A DNA stretch of 64,000 bases, from positions 7,316,001 through 7,380,000 of the forward strand of contig JAQFVV010000007.1 in assembly GCA_028023455.1 (NCBI GenBank). The letters are read 5' to 3'. The stretch's first letter is position 1, and every line of letters begins with the position of its first letter. Below, one piece after another: positions 26,345 through 39,992 of the stretch. Source of the DNA: Epiperipatus broadwayi. Lineage: Eukaryota > Animalia > Onychophora. A program made the position numbers and the translations under genes. The notes beneath the pieces were generated by a model that saw only the letters and a list, made by a program, of their open reading frames with translations, was not told where the DNA came from and searched no databases.

Positions 26345-27929
26345 ACATAACTTTATTGATTAAAGTCAAAGAATAACAATTAATAGACATAATGGTAGAT
26401 TAAAAATTAAAGTAGAGAGAGTACATAATGTGGATCTTACTTATATTTAATAAAGGAATAGAGCAACATCATTTGTTGAGGACTGACTCTAATTCTACTT
26501 TTCAACCACTTCAGCTTTAAGATCAAATGATTTGGTCCTTGTTTTATGAAGCCAAATAAATATCAGATGGGGTTAAGATTTGATGTTTATTTTAATTTTT
26601 GTAATATAAATTGTGATTGCAGTTTTCTTGTGTGGGAGTTACCAGGAAAATGGTATCTTAAAGGCCATAAGGTGAAAATGATAATTGATGAGGCTCTAAT
26701 ATTTAAATGAGCCTTCTCTCTAATCTATTAACTTCATTTAGAGATGACATACATGGATGATTTATACAAGTTATCATGTTTCTATAAGTTTGTAATTTTA
26801 GAGCAATAAAAAAAGATTCATGATTTCTTCATTTTTGCCACATGATGAACACGTCGTCCTACTAATTTTAAAGTCTCATCTCAGAAGAAATGAAGAATTT
26901 GGGTATTGATATTGATTAAAAGTCAAAATATTCAAGTATCAGAATTGGTGTGTGAACTTTTTAATCACCTGGTAATTACTGAAAGTACAGAATGAAAAGC
27001 ACTTTCAAAGGTTGTTCAATAGGGTCCTGCGATTTCTAAAAGGATTATTGTGTGCGAGCTATAACTTTGGTTTTCAATATTGAATGGCCTTCCAAGCAAC
27101 TGACATTCAATAATAAAGTCTTATTAAATAGCCATTTTCTGCTGAAAATTAAATTAAAGATTAGTAAGCCAAATTAATCAAAATTCTTTTTCTAATTTAA
27201 TTTATTTCAGTACTTATATCTATAAAGATATTTTTTATAATCATGGTACAAAATGTGTGCTCAGAATCAAAACACATTTAAAAGATATAATATTTTATTT
27301 CTTATTGATTAATCAAGTAGAAAAAAAGAATTAATTTTCTCACAAAATTCTTACATAGTTTTTTTTTCTTTTGGTATAACCTAAATATGTCAACACTTCT
27401 TAATAATAAATTATGGAGTTAAAACAATTTTAATAATGAAAAACAATAAATGTTATTGCTAGCAATATTAATCACTGAAAGAAAATTTAAATTATGCATT
27501 TCTATTAAGAATTTATAACTTTTGGACAGCGGCATGATCAATAAGTAATAGAAAAGCAAACTTTAATTTTATAAAAAGACAATTTATCCTGAAAAAGTGT
27601 AATTGAATTAATAAACAATGGTGAAGAATAAAAATGATATTTTTTGGTTTTTAAAATAATACTTCAAGGGAATAAAATAAAACATAGATATCAATAGCTT
27701 TTATGTTTAATTAATTGTCTACTTTTTCTTAAAAAAAAATCAATTCATTGTTGTATATATGTATTATGGTTCAAGAAATTAATCGATTTATATTACTAAT
27801 AACGGCAAATATTAATAATAACCAAATGAAAAGGTTAAATATGAAACAATGATTATTAGTAATTCACATTTTTCATCAATAGTATTCTGTCCCATAAAAG
27901 TAGTCACATTATCAATTCATTCAGTTTTT

Positions 27930-28150
27930 CAGTTCTCTTCATTGTCCAGCTCTTCAATTCCAAGTGACTCTTCCCATTTCTTATATTATCCAACAATGGT
28001 AATCTTTCCCGTCCTTTCCAAAATATCTTTCATTAAACTATACTTTCTTTTTAATATGCGTCCAATCCAGTTTCTCTTTCTACTTCTAATTTCCTCAATC
28101 AATCTTCTTTTTTCATTTAATCTTTTCAAAATTTGTCATCTATCAATGGT
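27930..28150 (-). mobile_element. RTE-type LINE 3' ORF fragment (second family)
   Basis: Minus strand reads ILKRLNEKRRLIEEIRSRKRNWIGRILKRKYSLMKDILE, typical of an RTE C-terminus. Confidence 0.65.
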
Positions 28151-28168
28151 AATATAATGAATACACAA

Positions 28169-28469
28169 GGAGCTCGAACTCAGACTTTTGCATGACCCCG
28201 AATTCTCCATGACATCTCATATTGCTGACCCACCTGATCACACACATGTTGAAAAGATAAATAATCACCAATATCCGTATTTCATGCTAAACGAGCAATC
28301 ATCAGTTGGTCCAGACTACTATCTTCACACACATATATATAATCAGTGTTCAGTTTTATATTAAAATAGACAATCTTCATACTTTAATAAACAGGCTTCA
28401 AACTTCTCCAATCCACAACACTTCAGCGATCCATTTCATTGAATATCTGATGATGGAACGTTCAAAGCC
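28169..28469 (-). ncRNA. Hammerhead-bearing repeat, copy 5 (core 28267-28310)
   Basis: Minus strand reads tagtc tgg ACCAA CTGATGA tTGCT cgttt AGCAt GAAA tacgga TA TTGGT gatta, with a perfect 5-bp helix I. Confidence 0.8.
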
Positions 28470-28912
28470 CATGTTATATAATAATTTTTAATACATTCAG
28501 TTTTAGGCTTCTTACGAGCAGAGAAATACCATGTCAGTAACTATAAATATTTGTCAAAAATAAAAACTTATATAAACTAGGCACAAAATATAGCATTTTA
28601 AACCAATTCTATACAAGAAAAGAATTTACCGCCTGCAAAAAAACTTTTTTTGCAGTTAAGAAAATTTCAGAGATTGAAATATGTCTAAGAAAATATGATC
28701 CAAATATTCTAATTTTGATGGTCAAAGATTCTAATATTGCAATTGTTCAGAAAATTATAACTCAAATTGGTGCAAAAGTCAAAAAGCCAAAATCCCTTTG
28801 TATTTCCAAATGCCAAAGAAACTTTTCCTGCAAAAACAAATTGTTTATAACTATATAATAAGATATAGTAGAAGATCTTGTTTTTGTAATAAATAATAAG
28901 TATATATATATA

Positions 28913-29000
28913 TTTCTTGTGTCATAGCATTGTCCAGGAAGCAAACCTGCTAACCCGGGATAAATGCATGCAAGGCAGCTGTGCTGACATACTCGACAAT
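28913..29000 (-). mobile_element. tRNA-derived SINE, decayed copy
   Basis: Aligns with the 26142-26251 and 43083-43193 copies (gtcatagca...ccagga...gcaaggcag...gctgac). Confidence 0.7.
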
Positions 29001-31844
29001 AATATGTATATTTTAATAATAAATAATAAAGAAATACTATAAAACATATTTTTATTAAATTTATCAGACTTCATCGGTTTTTAACATGAACACAAACATA
29101 GATACAATCACATATTAATATATAAGAAAGCAGTATAACAACTCCCTTTCCAAATACTGCTAATATAAATGTGGCAGCCTCTTTGTCAAAGATATCCAAC
29201 AAATATAAAATTTGAGGAAGCATATATAAAATACCATTTTTCGTTTGTTGGACATTTGATGAAGAAACTAACAAATTGATATTAATAGCATTTGCAAAGG
29301 TGTTTCCTAATGTTTACATCCAGTTTAAAATGCTGTATTAATTAGTTTTATTAATATATATCTAAGTGTGTGCATCAAATTGTCTTATTAAAGATATATT
29401 GAACTACATAATATTTAATCATTATCAATTGGTACTTTGCTATTCCTTCCTATTTTCTTATCATTGTTCATATTACTACATTGTAAACTATAATAATGCA
29501 TTCTTTATGTAATTAATATGCATAATATTAAGGTATGTTAATGAAAAAGAAAATTTTTTAACAGATTTTATTGCTAAATATGAAAAAGAAACCTATTGAT
29601 ACACTAATTTTTGATAGATAACTGGAAATAAAACTTCTATTTAATAAAATGTTGTATATAAGTAAAATAAAATGCTAAGACAATATTGAGTCATTGATTA
29701 TAAATGAATTATTTTAACTTTTTCATTCATGATTTTGGATAACAAACAAAATAGTTTTGCTGAAAATATTTTGTTCACTCTCTTACTATCTGAAATTTAC
29801 TAATAATCACTTGTTAAGTTTAGTGTTCAACTAATATATATATAATTTTCTGTAGCTAGATGTTAGGTTTAAACAGGGAACAGTAAAATTTTAATTTACT
29901 CAGATCCTGACATGAGAAGAAAAGTGTTTTACTTTAATATAAAAGCTTATTTTTACACTTGAAATATATTTTCATATATTTCAATAACATTTCTTACTAA
30001 TAGAAGTAAACTATATTTGATTTTTATATGAACTAATATCTTTTTTTAAAAAAAAAAATCAACCTACTTAATGAAAAAAACAAAATGAATATAAATTGAA
30101 CATTCAGATATAATTTCTCTAGTTCTGAATATAAATTAATAACTTAACCATTCGTTTTTCATTAATTTGGCCCCTAGTGAAAATTTCTGCAAGCTTTATA
30201 TGCATATTTTACTATATATGTTATAATATCAAATTTTAGTATAAAAAAATTCCATGGATGATAAGAAATCAAAAAATTCCTCAAATACTAGACTTTAGCT
30301 CCACCCTGACAAGTCCCTCTATTGTATTCTCACAGGTTTTTGATGTCACCACTTTTATATTGTTTAAAGAAAATAATTTGAATAACCAAAACCATGTTTA
30401 TTTGTGAATTTATTACAATTCTAGATATTTTTATACAATAATTTATACAAATATTTATTAGAAATCAAAAATATAAATTATTAATAATTTATTCTGAATA
30501 AAAATACATTTTCAAAAATAGAATGTTACATTAATGGCCAATGGAAATATGCCCTGAAGCTACTTAAAAGATTAGCTTTCTTACATAAGCAATCTAATTA
30601 TAATAATGAGTATAAAAATATAATATTGAAAATTTTTTAACTTTTAAAGCACATTTCATTATATATAAGTGAAATAAATAAATATTCATTCAGATTTTTT
30701 TTTAAAAAAAAAAAACAAATAATGAAGATTTCATTGATTTTCTAAAATTAAAATAATCTTTCTAGAAATGATAACATATAATCTTTTTGTCTTGATTACA
30801 ATCTCATTTTTTTAATATTTATAAAAAGAAAATGTAAACATTTAAAATTTATTTCAGTAGTAAATAAAAATATCTATTAAATGATGTTAAATTTATTATT
30901 TTCTGATAAATAATAATGGTTTAATCTTAAATTCTATGTTGAACATGACAACAAAGAAAATGATGATGTTGAAATAATGTCAGAGTTAATAAATTATCTT
31001 TTTAAATATGATTACTAACAACAATGCTAAATACTATATAAAATAATTTAGTTTTCTTATGTATTGAATTCAAATTCAAGGCTCATTTATACAGTATTAA
31101 AACTAATATTTTATGCATGATCTTTAATATATTTAAGCTTCTGAAAAAAATCTAGCAGTTATTAAGAATTCTTGTAAATATTTTACAAAGTATACAACAT
31201 ATTTTAATTTCTTTTATTATATAATTTAATTAGTATGATTCTCTTTAAAAATAAATGTGGAAGTTTAGGGAGGAAAATGCTTCAATTCTAGAATGGAAAT
31301 GATGCATATTTATAATGTAAAAACTATAAGAAATGTATACAGCTTCATTCCGATTGGTTCAAACAGTTTTATAAAATAAAAATGATTTTTTTTTAAAAAA
31401 ATAGGAAAATAATTTGTGGCTTTTTGAAAGAGATGATAAACAAAAATGTTATATATAGGTAAATAAAATTGAAAAACCATTAAAAAATATAGCTATAAAA
31501 TTAATGATTATCACTAAATAAAATACATATTACCATATAATACTAAATTGTCCATTTACTTTACTACTGTTATACAATGCTTTATTTACCTCCTTTTTTA
31601 CAGTTTACAGTTTTAATTGCCCTAGCAATCTTCTTCAGAACTAGGAGATATAAAGTTCTGAAGAATATTGCTGGGCAATCAAAACTGTAAAAAAGGGTGA
31701 TAAATAAAGTATTTTGTAATAGTAGTAAAATGAATGGATAATTTAGTATTATATGATATACATTTGGCAATGCAATAAGAATGAGTAGTTACTATACTTC
31801 TTGAAGAAGATAATAAAATACAGATTATTTTCAAAATATATACT

Positions 31845-31847
<3 letters not shown>

Positions 31848-31880
<33 letters not shown>

Positions 31881-31889
31881 CATCTATAT

Positions 31890-31925
<36 letters not shown>
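31848..31925. repeat. Interrupted (TA)n microsatellite
   Basis: TA runs with short interruptions. Confidence 0.9.
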
Positions 31926-31926
<1 letters not shown>

Positions 31927-34900
31927 TGTGCCATTACAATTTAGTCATTAGCTAAATTTGTAGTAATGTGCATAGAAGAAAATGTAAAACAAAAATCATC
32001 ATCACATTTTTATATAAAAAGGAAGCTGTAGGGCATCCAAGTTTAAACCCTACAAGATAGAAAGAGAGTGGGGCAACAGTTATATTCTTTATTTGTCTGT
32101 GTGCTGATAAAAAACTCAAAAAGTGTTTTACACACAGTTAATTATTCAGTATTTAATTTTTTTTGTTAAAAAATAAAGTTATAATGCATATGTATAGGCA
32201 GTGTGTGTTATAAAAGCTATTTAGTTAGCCACTTTTAAATTACACATATTAACTTTCTTTAAAACTAACCTACACTTGCTAAATTTTAATATCTTATTCT
32301 ATACTTCTATTTTTGCTTTTCTATAACTGTAATTTGGATTTAGAAGCTAAGGATTTAATTTTAAATATTAGGGTTATAATTACTAAGCTAGCAATTAGAT
32401 TATTTTAATGTCAGTTTATAAATAATTTGAATGAGTGTGTGTGTACATTGCATACATAAACTACATTTTTATTTATTAAATATTGAAAGAAAAAGAAGAA
32501 AATTTGTTAAATTATTTTTTTTTTTACTCAACAATTTTGTATTATAAGGGTTGTTTTTCTATTGAAAAACTTAGAGATGATGTGAGAAGTCTAATTTTAA
32601 AAATATCTCATCTTAAGATCAAAAGAAAGAAGCTCAAATATGAGATGTTACATAGGTGTAAAAAAGTATTAAGACTATTTTTTCCGTCAAAACAAAAGTT
32701 TGTCTAAAAATCAGGATAGTGATATTTTTAGTACTATCCAGCTAAAAAAAAAACAATTTGGTTGAAAATAAGTTATAAATCTAATTAAAAGAAGTGATCA
32801 AAAATAGAAAAAAATCAGATATAAAAGGAGTATGGAGAATCAGTTGATATTATAGAGACTTTTAAAAATATTGAAACTAAAAGGACAAGCATTTTTAACT
32901 CTACAAAAATCTCAATCCAAAAATCATTTTTTTTATTATTAAATTTTTTTTTGAGGATTGAAGATATAAGGATGGTGGGGTAAAAATATATATATATCTC
33001 ATCTGTTGACCAGACCATCCAGCCAGTGCATCATATAAAGAAAAAAAGGAAATGTCTTGTCTGAAATTATAATATTCTACATCTTTTTAATGACTGAGAG
33101 AAATAAGATATTTTTAAATAGAAAGAAGAAAACATTCCCCTGCATTAAAAGGTGATCAGGAAAAGAGGAATCTACTGATAAATATTAAATCATCAAGTCC
33201 AATTAATTGTTCCAGTAACTGAGTTTAAACCCAAGAAAATTTATAAATGTGAAAACAACTGCTGGACTTCATCCACTAAAAGAATCATGCTTGACAGGAA
33301 GAGAAGAAGAGTTAATATAATGATTTCCAAATTGTTCACTAAAGCAAATAACCTCAATGGAATCATCATCAAATAATTATACACCTCAAGAAAGAGATTG
33401 TTCCAAAGAAAAACGGAAATGGTAGCTGCAAAATATAGACATTAAACAAGATAAATTTGACTCATTGGAAGTCGCTACAAAGAATCAAACTGGTAGTATA
33501 AATTTTTTTTTATATATTTTCTTTATAATATCAGAGACTTAGTAAAATTTTAGCAACAGAGTGGTATATTTTTGTTTAAAGAACTTTTAAAACAACCAAG
33601 ATCAATTGAAACCAAGAATTTCTTAATAACGATAAACATAAGTTTCATTAATGATTTTATATGTACTAAAATTATGATTGTCTATTAACCTAAAGTTATG
33701 AAATGATTAATATGTAACATTTTTTTTTATATTATTATTTTGTTTTAAATATTTTTGTTATTATGGGGATAAAACCCGCACATACATAATATAATAATAC
33801 TTGTTGCATATATATAATGGTGTGTGAATGTAAAGAAAAAAAAATAGGTGGTATTAGAAATATAGATTTTGTTTTAAGTTAAAGTATAGCATTTCAGAGG
33901 GTAGAAGGGAGGGGGAGAAAAATAATTTAAAACTTGTTCTGGAAATCTTGCTCTTTCACTTCTACTAACATTTTTTTTTATCATTCTATTTTACATGTTA
34001 GAGTATAAAGGTATGTGTGCAAAAGAGAAAGAAAAAAAAGGAAGAAAGAGTGAATATTTTTTTTTTTATGAAATATTTTCTTGTGAATCCAAAACTTTAG
34101 CAAACTTAGTATCCAAATTTATGTATATATTTTTGATGGGAAAGGGGAAAGAATTCAAAATTAACATTATGATTGCCTGATAATCAATTATTGTTCTCAT
34201 TATTTCATATAAAATTTTGGTTTTATCTTTAAATTATTTATAGATTTTCGTAATAAATTAATAAATGTTAAATTGTTTTATTATATGAGGCGTATGTATT
34301 TTATTGATAATAGTCTTTATTCATTGTGATCATTCATCATCAATGGTTGATATTGATTATTTAAGATTTAATTAGATATACTAAAATTAAGCAATAATTA
34401 TGAATTTCTTTATAACAATTTAAGTTTTATGATTAGGCTTAGTCCTAAAGCTGTGATTGAAACCATTATCATTATCATTATCATCATTGTCATCATCACG
34501 TTTTAATTAATGGGATAGATAAATGTTTAAAGGCCATAAATAAATATTGATTTCATAGTATTTAGTGATTTCTTAGTATTATTATAACCACCATCCCATC
34601 ATTTATTTCATGCAAGGATGAGTGAATTGCCATCCTAAATTAATAATATAATCTGAGCTAGTAAAACTTATAAAAAATATTGAAACACATTTATTGTTAA
34701 GATCTAAGAAAAGATTTCTGTCTAATGAATTTTATATATTCCACTTTAGTTTAAGGATGATTTATGTTTACCTAAATATTGGTGCATACAGTAATATGGG
34801 TCTAATAGCAAAATCCTCCATTTTATTAAAAATAAGGTACCGAAGGGATTCAAACCTGGTACATGTGAAAAAGTTATAAATATAACTTTGTCTAGGTCCA

Positions 34901-35989
34901 GCTAACCTAGTGGCACCCTGATAGACCATATTCACTTGTTGTTCACTTAGATATGCACTTGAGATCCAACCAAGAGATAAGAGTGAGTAAAATCTACTGG
35001 GGGATATATTGAGAGATATTTGATTGAGCTACCAGTGTACTCACCCACTTGATGTTATTTCCTGAGCTATAGTAGTTTGTTCTTAATAATTTGTTTATAA
35101 TTATTGATATTGTGATATCTTGAGAAATCTAATTATAGAAATATGTTTCATTTAATCCAATGACCCGTAATATGATTGATAACTCAGTCTGGTCTTTTGT
35201 TTAATAGCTTATGCTCAGCAAGTTGCATATTATAATTCTTTTCTTTTTGATATAAAATAAAAGCTACAATTCTTTTTTGTTTATTAAGTTATAATATTTG
35301 AATAATTGAGATTTTAATAATATTTGGATTTTGATACTTGGATCAGATCTTTTGATCAACGTAATTTTGTTACAATATATATACATATATATATATATAT
35401 AATGTAATATTACAATAATTATATATATTATTTTTTAAATTGCAATTACTAATTAAATATAGCAATTAAATATGCCAACAGTTTTGATTTTTAAATACCA
35501 AAACATAAGAGAACATATTTTCAAAATCATTTTTTCAAATTTTATTATATTGTAACAATCATGAAACAAATTTTTAACTAATATCTGTTTTGTGCAAACT
35601 TTATGTCTTAAGTTAAAGGTGAACTTATAGGATTTGTAACCATGTTGGGTGCAGAAGTGATGCATTAAAGTGTAGCTAATTTTTGAATGCTTTTACTTTC
35701 ATCTACACTTCAAGAGTCTGTGTGAAGAGTCTTAACTTTACATTCATCATTTTCTTTATCTACTTTTATTTAACACTCTCACACTGTGCTAGCAGTGAGA
35801 CAACTTTAATTATTTTCAACATTAAATCACCAATATTGATCAGAATATAATAAATTTCACTTCATTTAATAAATATTTTTGTTTAGAAATGAAATTTTTT
35901 TAAAAAAATCACTCTTAATTTCTTTTAATATTTGTGAAAATTATCCCATGATTAAAACAAAAGCACTATTTTATCATTCACTTGAAATA

Positions 35990-38790
35990 CAGAATTGTAT
36001 TTTTTTTAGAAACAAACAAAATCTTTTTTATTTGACATTTTGTTTTTAAAATGTGAACAAATAAATATCAATATCTGATAAAAATGTTATTTTAGTTGCA
36101 ATTAACATGTTGAATAAGTGAACTTTTGAGTAAATGGATAGGTATGCTTTTGATAGAGAGTTTGATATTTTGTTTATGGATTCAAGTAATTTGTTTTGTA
36201 TGTTTTGTCTCATACCATTTGTTCCCATGTAGAATTAAAATCCTAGAAAAAGAGTTTGTCTTGAAAATATTTTGTATATATTTTTGTTGTATATATGAAT
36301 CAAGCTGCTGCTTTATTAGGATTGAATTTTAGTTTGAATCCAGAAGTGTATTGATCTAATATTTTCTGTAGTATTGGAAATTCTTTATGTGATTTTAAAA
36401 AAATTATGATTTTGTCCACTATATGCTAAACATAGAATGTTTTGTTGTGTGCATGGAATTTGTATTCCAGGTACATTTTGTTGTATTTTTCTTATAAGTG
36501 GATCTATGTAGAATGTGAAGAGTAGTGAATTTAGTGGTGATCCTTGTGAAATAGATTGTGTTGGAGTGAATAATGTTGATTTTCTTCCATTGAGTATGAT
36601 ATGAATTTGTCTATTGAGGAGAAGATTGACAATTAAATAGAGCAGTGTAGGTGGTATTGTGGTGTTGGCTAATTCATTAAGAAGTAATTTGATTGACACT
36701 GAATCAAAAGCTGCTTGGATGACTAATTGTACTACTATTGGTGCATTTTTTTGTTTTGTATTGTATTTATGATTATTTTGAAGAGTAAAGCTGCTTGTCC
36801 TGTAGATGATTCTTTTTTTTTGCAAATTGTAGAGGTGATATAAGTGGAAGTAAGTGTTGTTTGATTTGATCTTTGATGATTTTTTCTAAAATTTTTATGC
36901 CTAATATTCCCATAGAAGTAGGTCTTAGATTTGTAAGTGTAGATATATTAATTTTTATTATTATTAAATGCCACTATGGCTATGGTATTTAGTTCTTTAA
37001 TGTTGTAGATTTTTTGAGAAAGATGATTTACTAGATTGCAAATATATTTTGATGTGAATTGGCTCAAATGTGTGAAGACAAATTTTGGTATTCTGTTATT
37101 TCCAGGATGATATGTATTTTTAATTGCATTAAGTTTATTTGCAAAGTATTGTGCATTAAATGGATAATTTGTTTCTGGTTGTCCAAAGTAGTTATCTGAA
37201 GGTGTAAATCTTTTATATTCCTGTAGTTTTCTCTTGAAGTAATTGAAGATAGGTTTTATCATATTCTGTCCTGCATAGGTTTTTATCATATTCTGTTCTG
37301 TATATGTTATTCCTTCTATTTCTAATGCCATTGGTATTCTAAATGTTGGTGGTTATCCTAAAGCTTATCTAATTCATGCTCTGAACCATGTGTGTGTTTG
37401 TGAGAGACATATTTTTGCTTTTTTAATTGTTATGTATTTTTTTAGTTTGTTACATGTGTTATTGTATATTTGTGTAAGCTTATATATATTTGTCTGTGAG
37501 TTATGTGAAGGACATGACATTGTGATGCTTTTGTGTATTTCATCTGCTATTGTAAGAAGCCTTGAGGGTGATGGTGAGTTACATGTTATATGATTGAAAT
37601 TGAATGAAAATATGTTGTTGAATGCCAAATACTTTTGTATCAGGTCAAGTATGATAGTACCAAGTTTTCATAGCATTATATATGTTTCTGAAAATAGGAA
37701 TTCTGGTGTTGATGTTGGGATGAACATACATATTGTTTTATCTAGTTGAGTGGATGTTGTTTGAATGTTTGTTACATTTGTTATAAGTGTTTGTGCTGAG
37801 TGATCAGAGAATGGAGATGGATTCAACTTAATATCTATTAGGTGATGAAGCTTTGGTGAGTAGAAGCATAAGTCAATTAGTGTTGCAAAATGTTTATTGT
37901 GGAATGATATTGAATGTAAAGATAAGAATCCCTCTCCACTCATAAAAGGTATTTCTAGTTGGTAAAGATATTTTGTTGTAAATTGATTGTAACTCATATT
38001 AAAATCACCAATTAATATTGTAGGATAAGAAGTTGATGTTAGCTTCGAGTTTATTGTGAGAATGATATGTGATATTATTGTAGGTCCTGGTGGAATGTAG
38101 ACAAAGATGATGATAAAGGGTATGATATGGTTGTGAAATGTTGTAATTAATAAGTGAGAATCGATGTATAATATTTTAAAACTAGAAAATGTGGTGGTGG
38201 AAGTTATAATTATTCCTGTATCTGCTGATGGTGTTGAAACATCATGTGAAAAAGTGCAAAAAACATTTTTAATGAAATAGTTGAATGGATATATGTGTGA
38301 ACCACTATATATTTTAGTTTCTAGAAGACCAAGTATATGTGGTTTTACAATACTTATCCATTTATTAAGATGTTATAGTTTTGATATTGAATTGATTCCC
38401 CTGATGTTAAAAGCTGTTATTTTAATTTTAATGGAGTTGTATTATTGTATGTGAGATGATTGTAATTTTTCTTGGTTACCTGTGAATTGTGATTTATATC
38501 TTTAATTTTTTTATGTTATAATGCTTGTGGCATGTTTTGTGTAGTAGATGATCTTGTTTTGTATGATGTTATAATTTTAGGTTGATTTTCTTTTCTTGAT
38601 ATTTTGTTGTAATATCAGGCTTTGTTTTGAGTCGTGCTGTTTTCGTTTTAGTTGCTTGTGTTGATGTTTCAATGATTGTCTGTGGTGGTATTAAAGTTTG
38701 CATAATTTCTGTTGATGTTTTATTAATTATAATATGAGTCATTTCTGGATCCATGTTTTCATCACTTCCTTCTATATTCATTTCAGATTG
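35990..38790 (-). mobile_element. L1/Tx1-like LINE: ORF1 tail plus disrupted ORF2 (APE endonuclease and RT), 3' end not seen
   Basis: Minus strand: LKITAFNIRGINS...ILGLLETKI (about 38320-38435), VYIPPGP, ILIGDFN, LIDLCFYS...PFSDHS (ORF 37668-37997), HPGNNRIP, AAFDSVS...SQGSPLNSLLFTFYIDPL...CLAYSG (ORF 36385-36825) and LSIYSKVHLFNMLIATKITF (ORF 36046-36228). Confidence 0.85.
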
Positions 38791-38845
38791 TTTTTGTTGT
38801 GTGGATGTATTTTTTTAAAAAAATTCCAAAAAAGTACACCATAAT

Positions 38846-39880
38846 ATGGAGATTCCAAATAAGAATAAAGAAATTAATAGTTTTACAAATATGTCTATTG
38901 AATTTCGAACAATGTCTATCAATAATACAAACAAAAATAAATCATATGCAAGCGTTACTAAAACGAATAATTATAACAATAAATTAATGTTAAATCAAAA
39001 TAAAAAAACACGTTTTCGAATGTCTATGTTAAATGACATACAGGAATTAGATTTAAATGTAATAGGAAATTCTCCACCACAACTTACCAAATACACACAG
39101 GAAATATTAAATGATATTTCTGAAAAATTTAACAACACCATTCCTCAAAATCTATTTAATTCTTTCAAATGTTTTTTTCTCCAAGATCAATAATAATATC
39201 TGTAATGGATTTGAACTGCTCACTTTATAAATGTCCTCATCAAGCACTTTATAATGAAATAACCTCTCATAATTTATGGAAAATATTTCTAAAATAGCAG
39301 ATCTCACTGAAACTAGATACATAGCGATTGAATTTTTTGAAACGGATCAAAAACAGCATTTTAAACATTTATCAAAACAATAGATAATTATGTTCTAGTA
39401 ATAGTAGATGAAAATAAACAAAATATTATTAGTGGTAAACTCAAAAGCACATATTTCAACTACAAAATAGAAGACTTTCAAAACATGATGCAACCTTTTG
39501 GAAAAGTATTAAATCTACTAGAAATATATTCTAAAGACACACCCATACCAATAGCAACAAATAATTATGAATTTAAAATAAAGTTACACTGAAATATTAA
39601 TCCAAACACTATCCCAACACAAATATTAGATCAAGAGACCATGCTTTGTTTATATGTAAGAGGACTAAAACCTAAATGTTATGCTTGGAAATTAAGAGGT
39701 CATCTAGCAATTCAATGCAACAAATTTTCTAGAAATCAAAAAAAAAAAAAAAAGCCAGGACAATGAATCACACATTCAACATCAAAACAACACATCAATA
39801 ACAAATTAAAAAAAAATTATCATACAAAATCATGAAAACAACAATGATCATAAGGCAAATAACTCAAAAGAAAACAATCT
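38846..39880 (+). pseudogene. Tx1/L1-type ORF1 with CCHC-like zinc knuckle, opposite strand to the adjacent ORF2
   Basis: ORF 38846-39193 continues, with stops, into MMQPFGKVLNL...IPTQILDQETMLCLYVRGLKPK-CYAWKLRGHLAIQC (39677-39718; CX2CX4HX4C with the second C changed to W). Confidence 0.7.
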
Positions 39881-39884
39881 TAGA

Positions 39885-39992
<108 letters not shown>

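Larger units (their letters stand above)
25900..27100 (+). mobile_element. Possible very decayed Ty3/Gypsy pol fragment
   Basis: MELDSGSTVI (aspartic-protease-like, about 25975), LKGHKVKMIIDE (about 26655) and FQRLFNRVLRFLKG (about 27003, RT-like) occur in the expected order, but are heavily disrupted. Confidence 0.35.

Noticed and set aside
28447-28475. Second CTGATGA on the opposite strand within the hammerhead repeat
   Set aside because: It is followed by a small hairpin and AAAG rather than GAAA, and is not conserved in copies 4 and 6 (CTGATAA, GTGAGGA).
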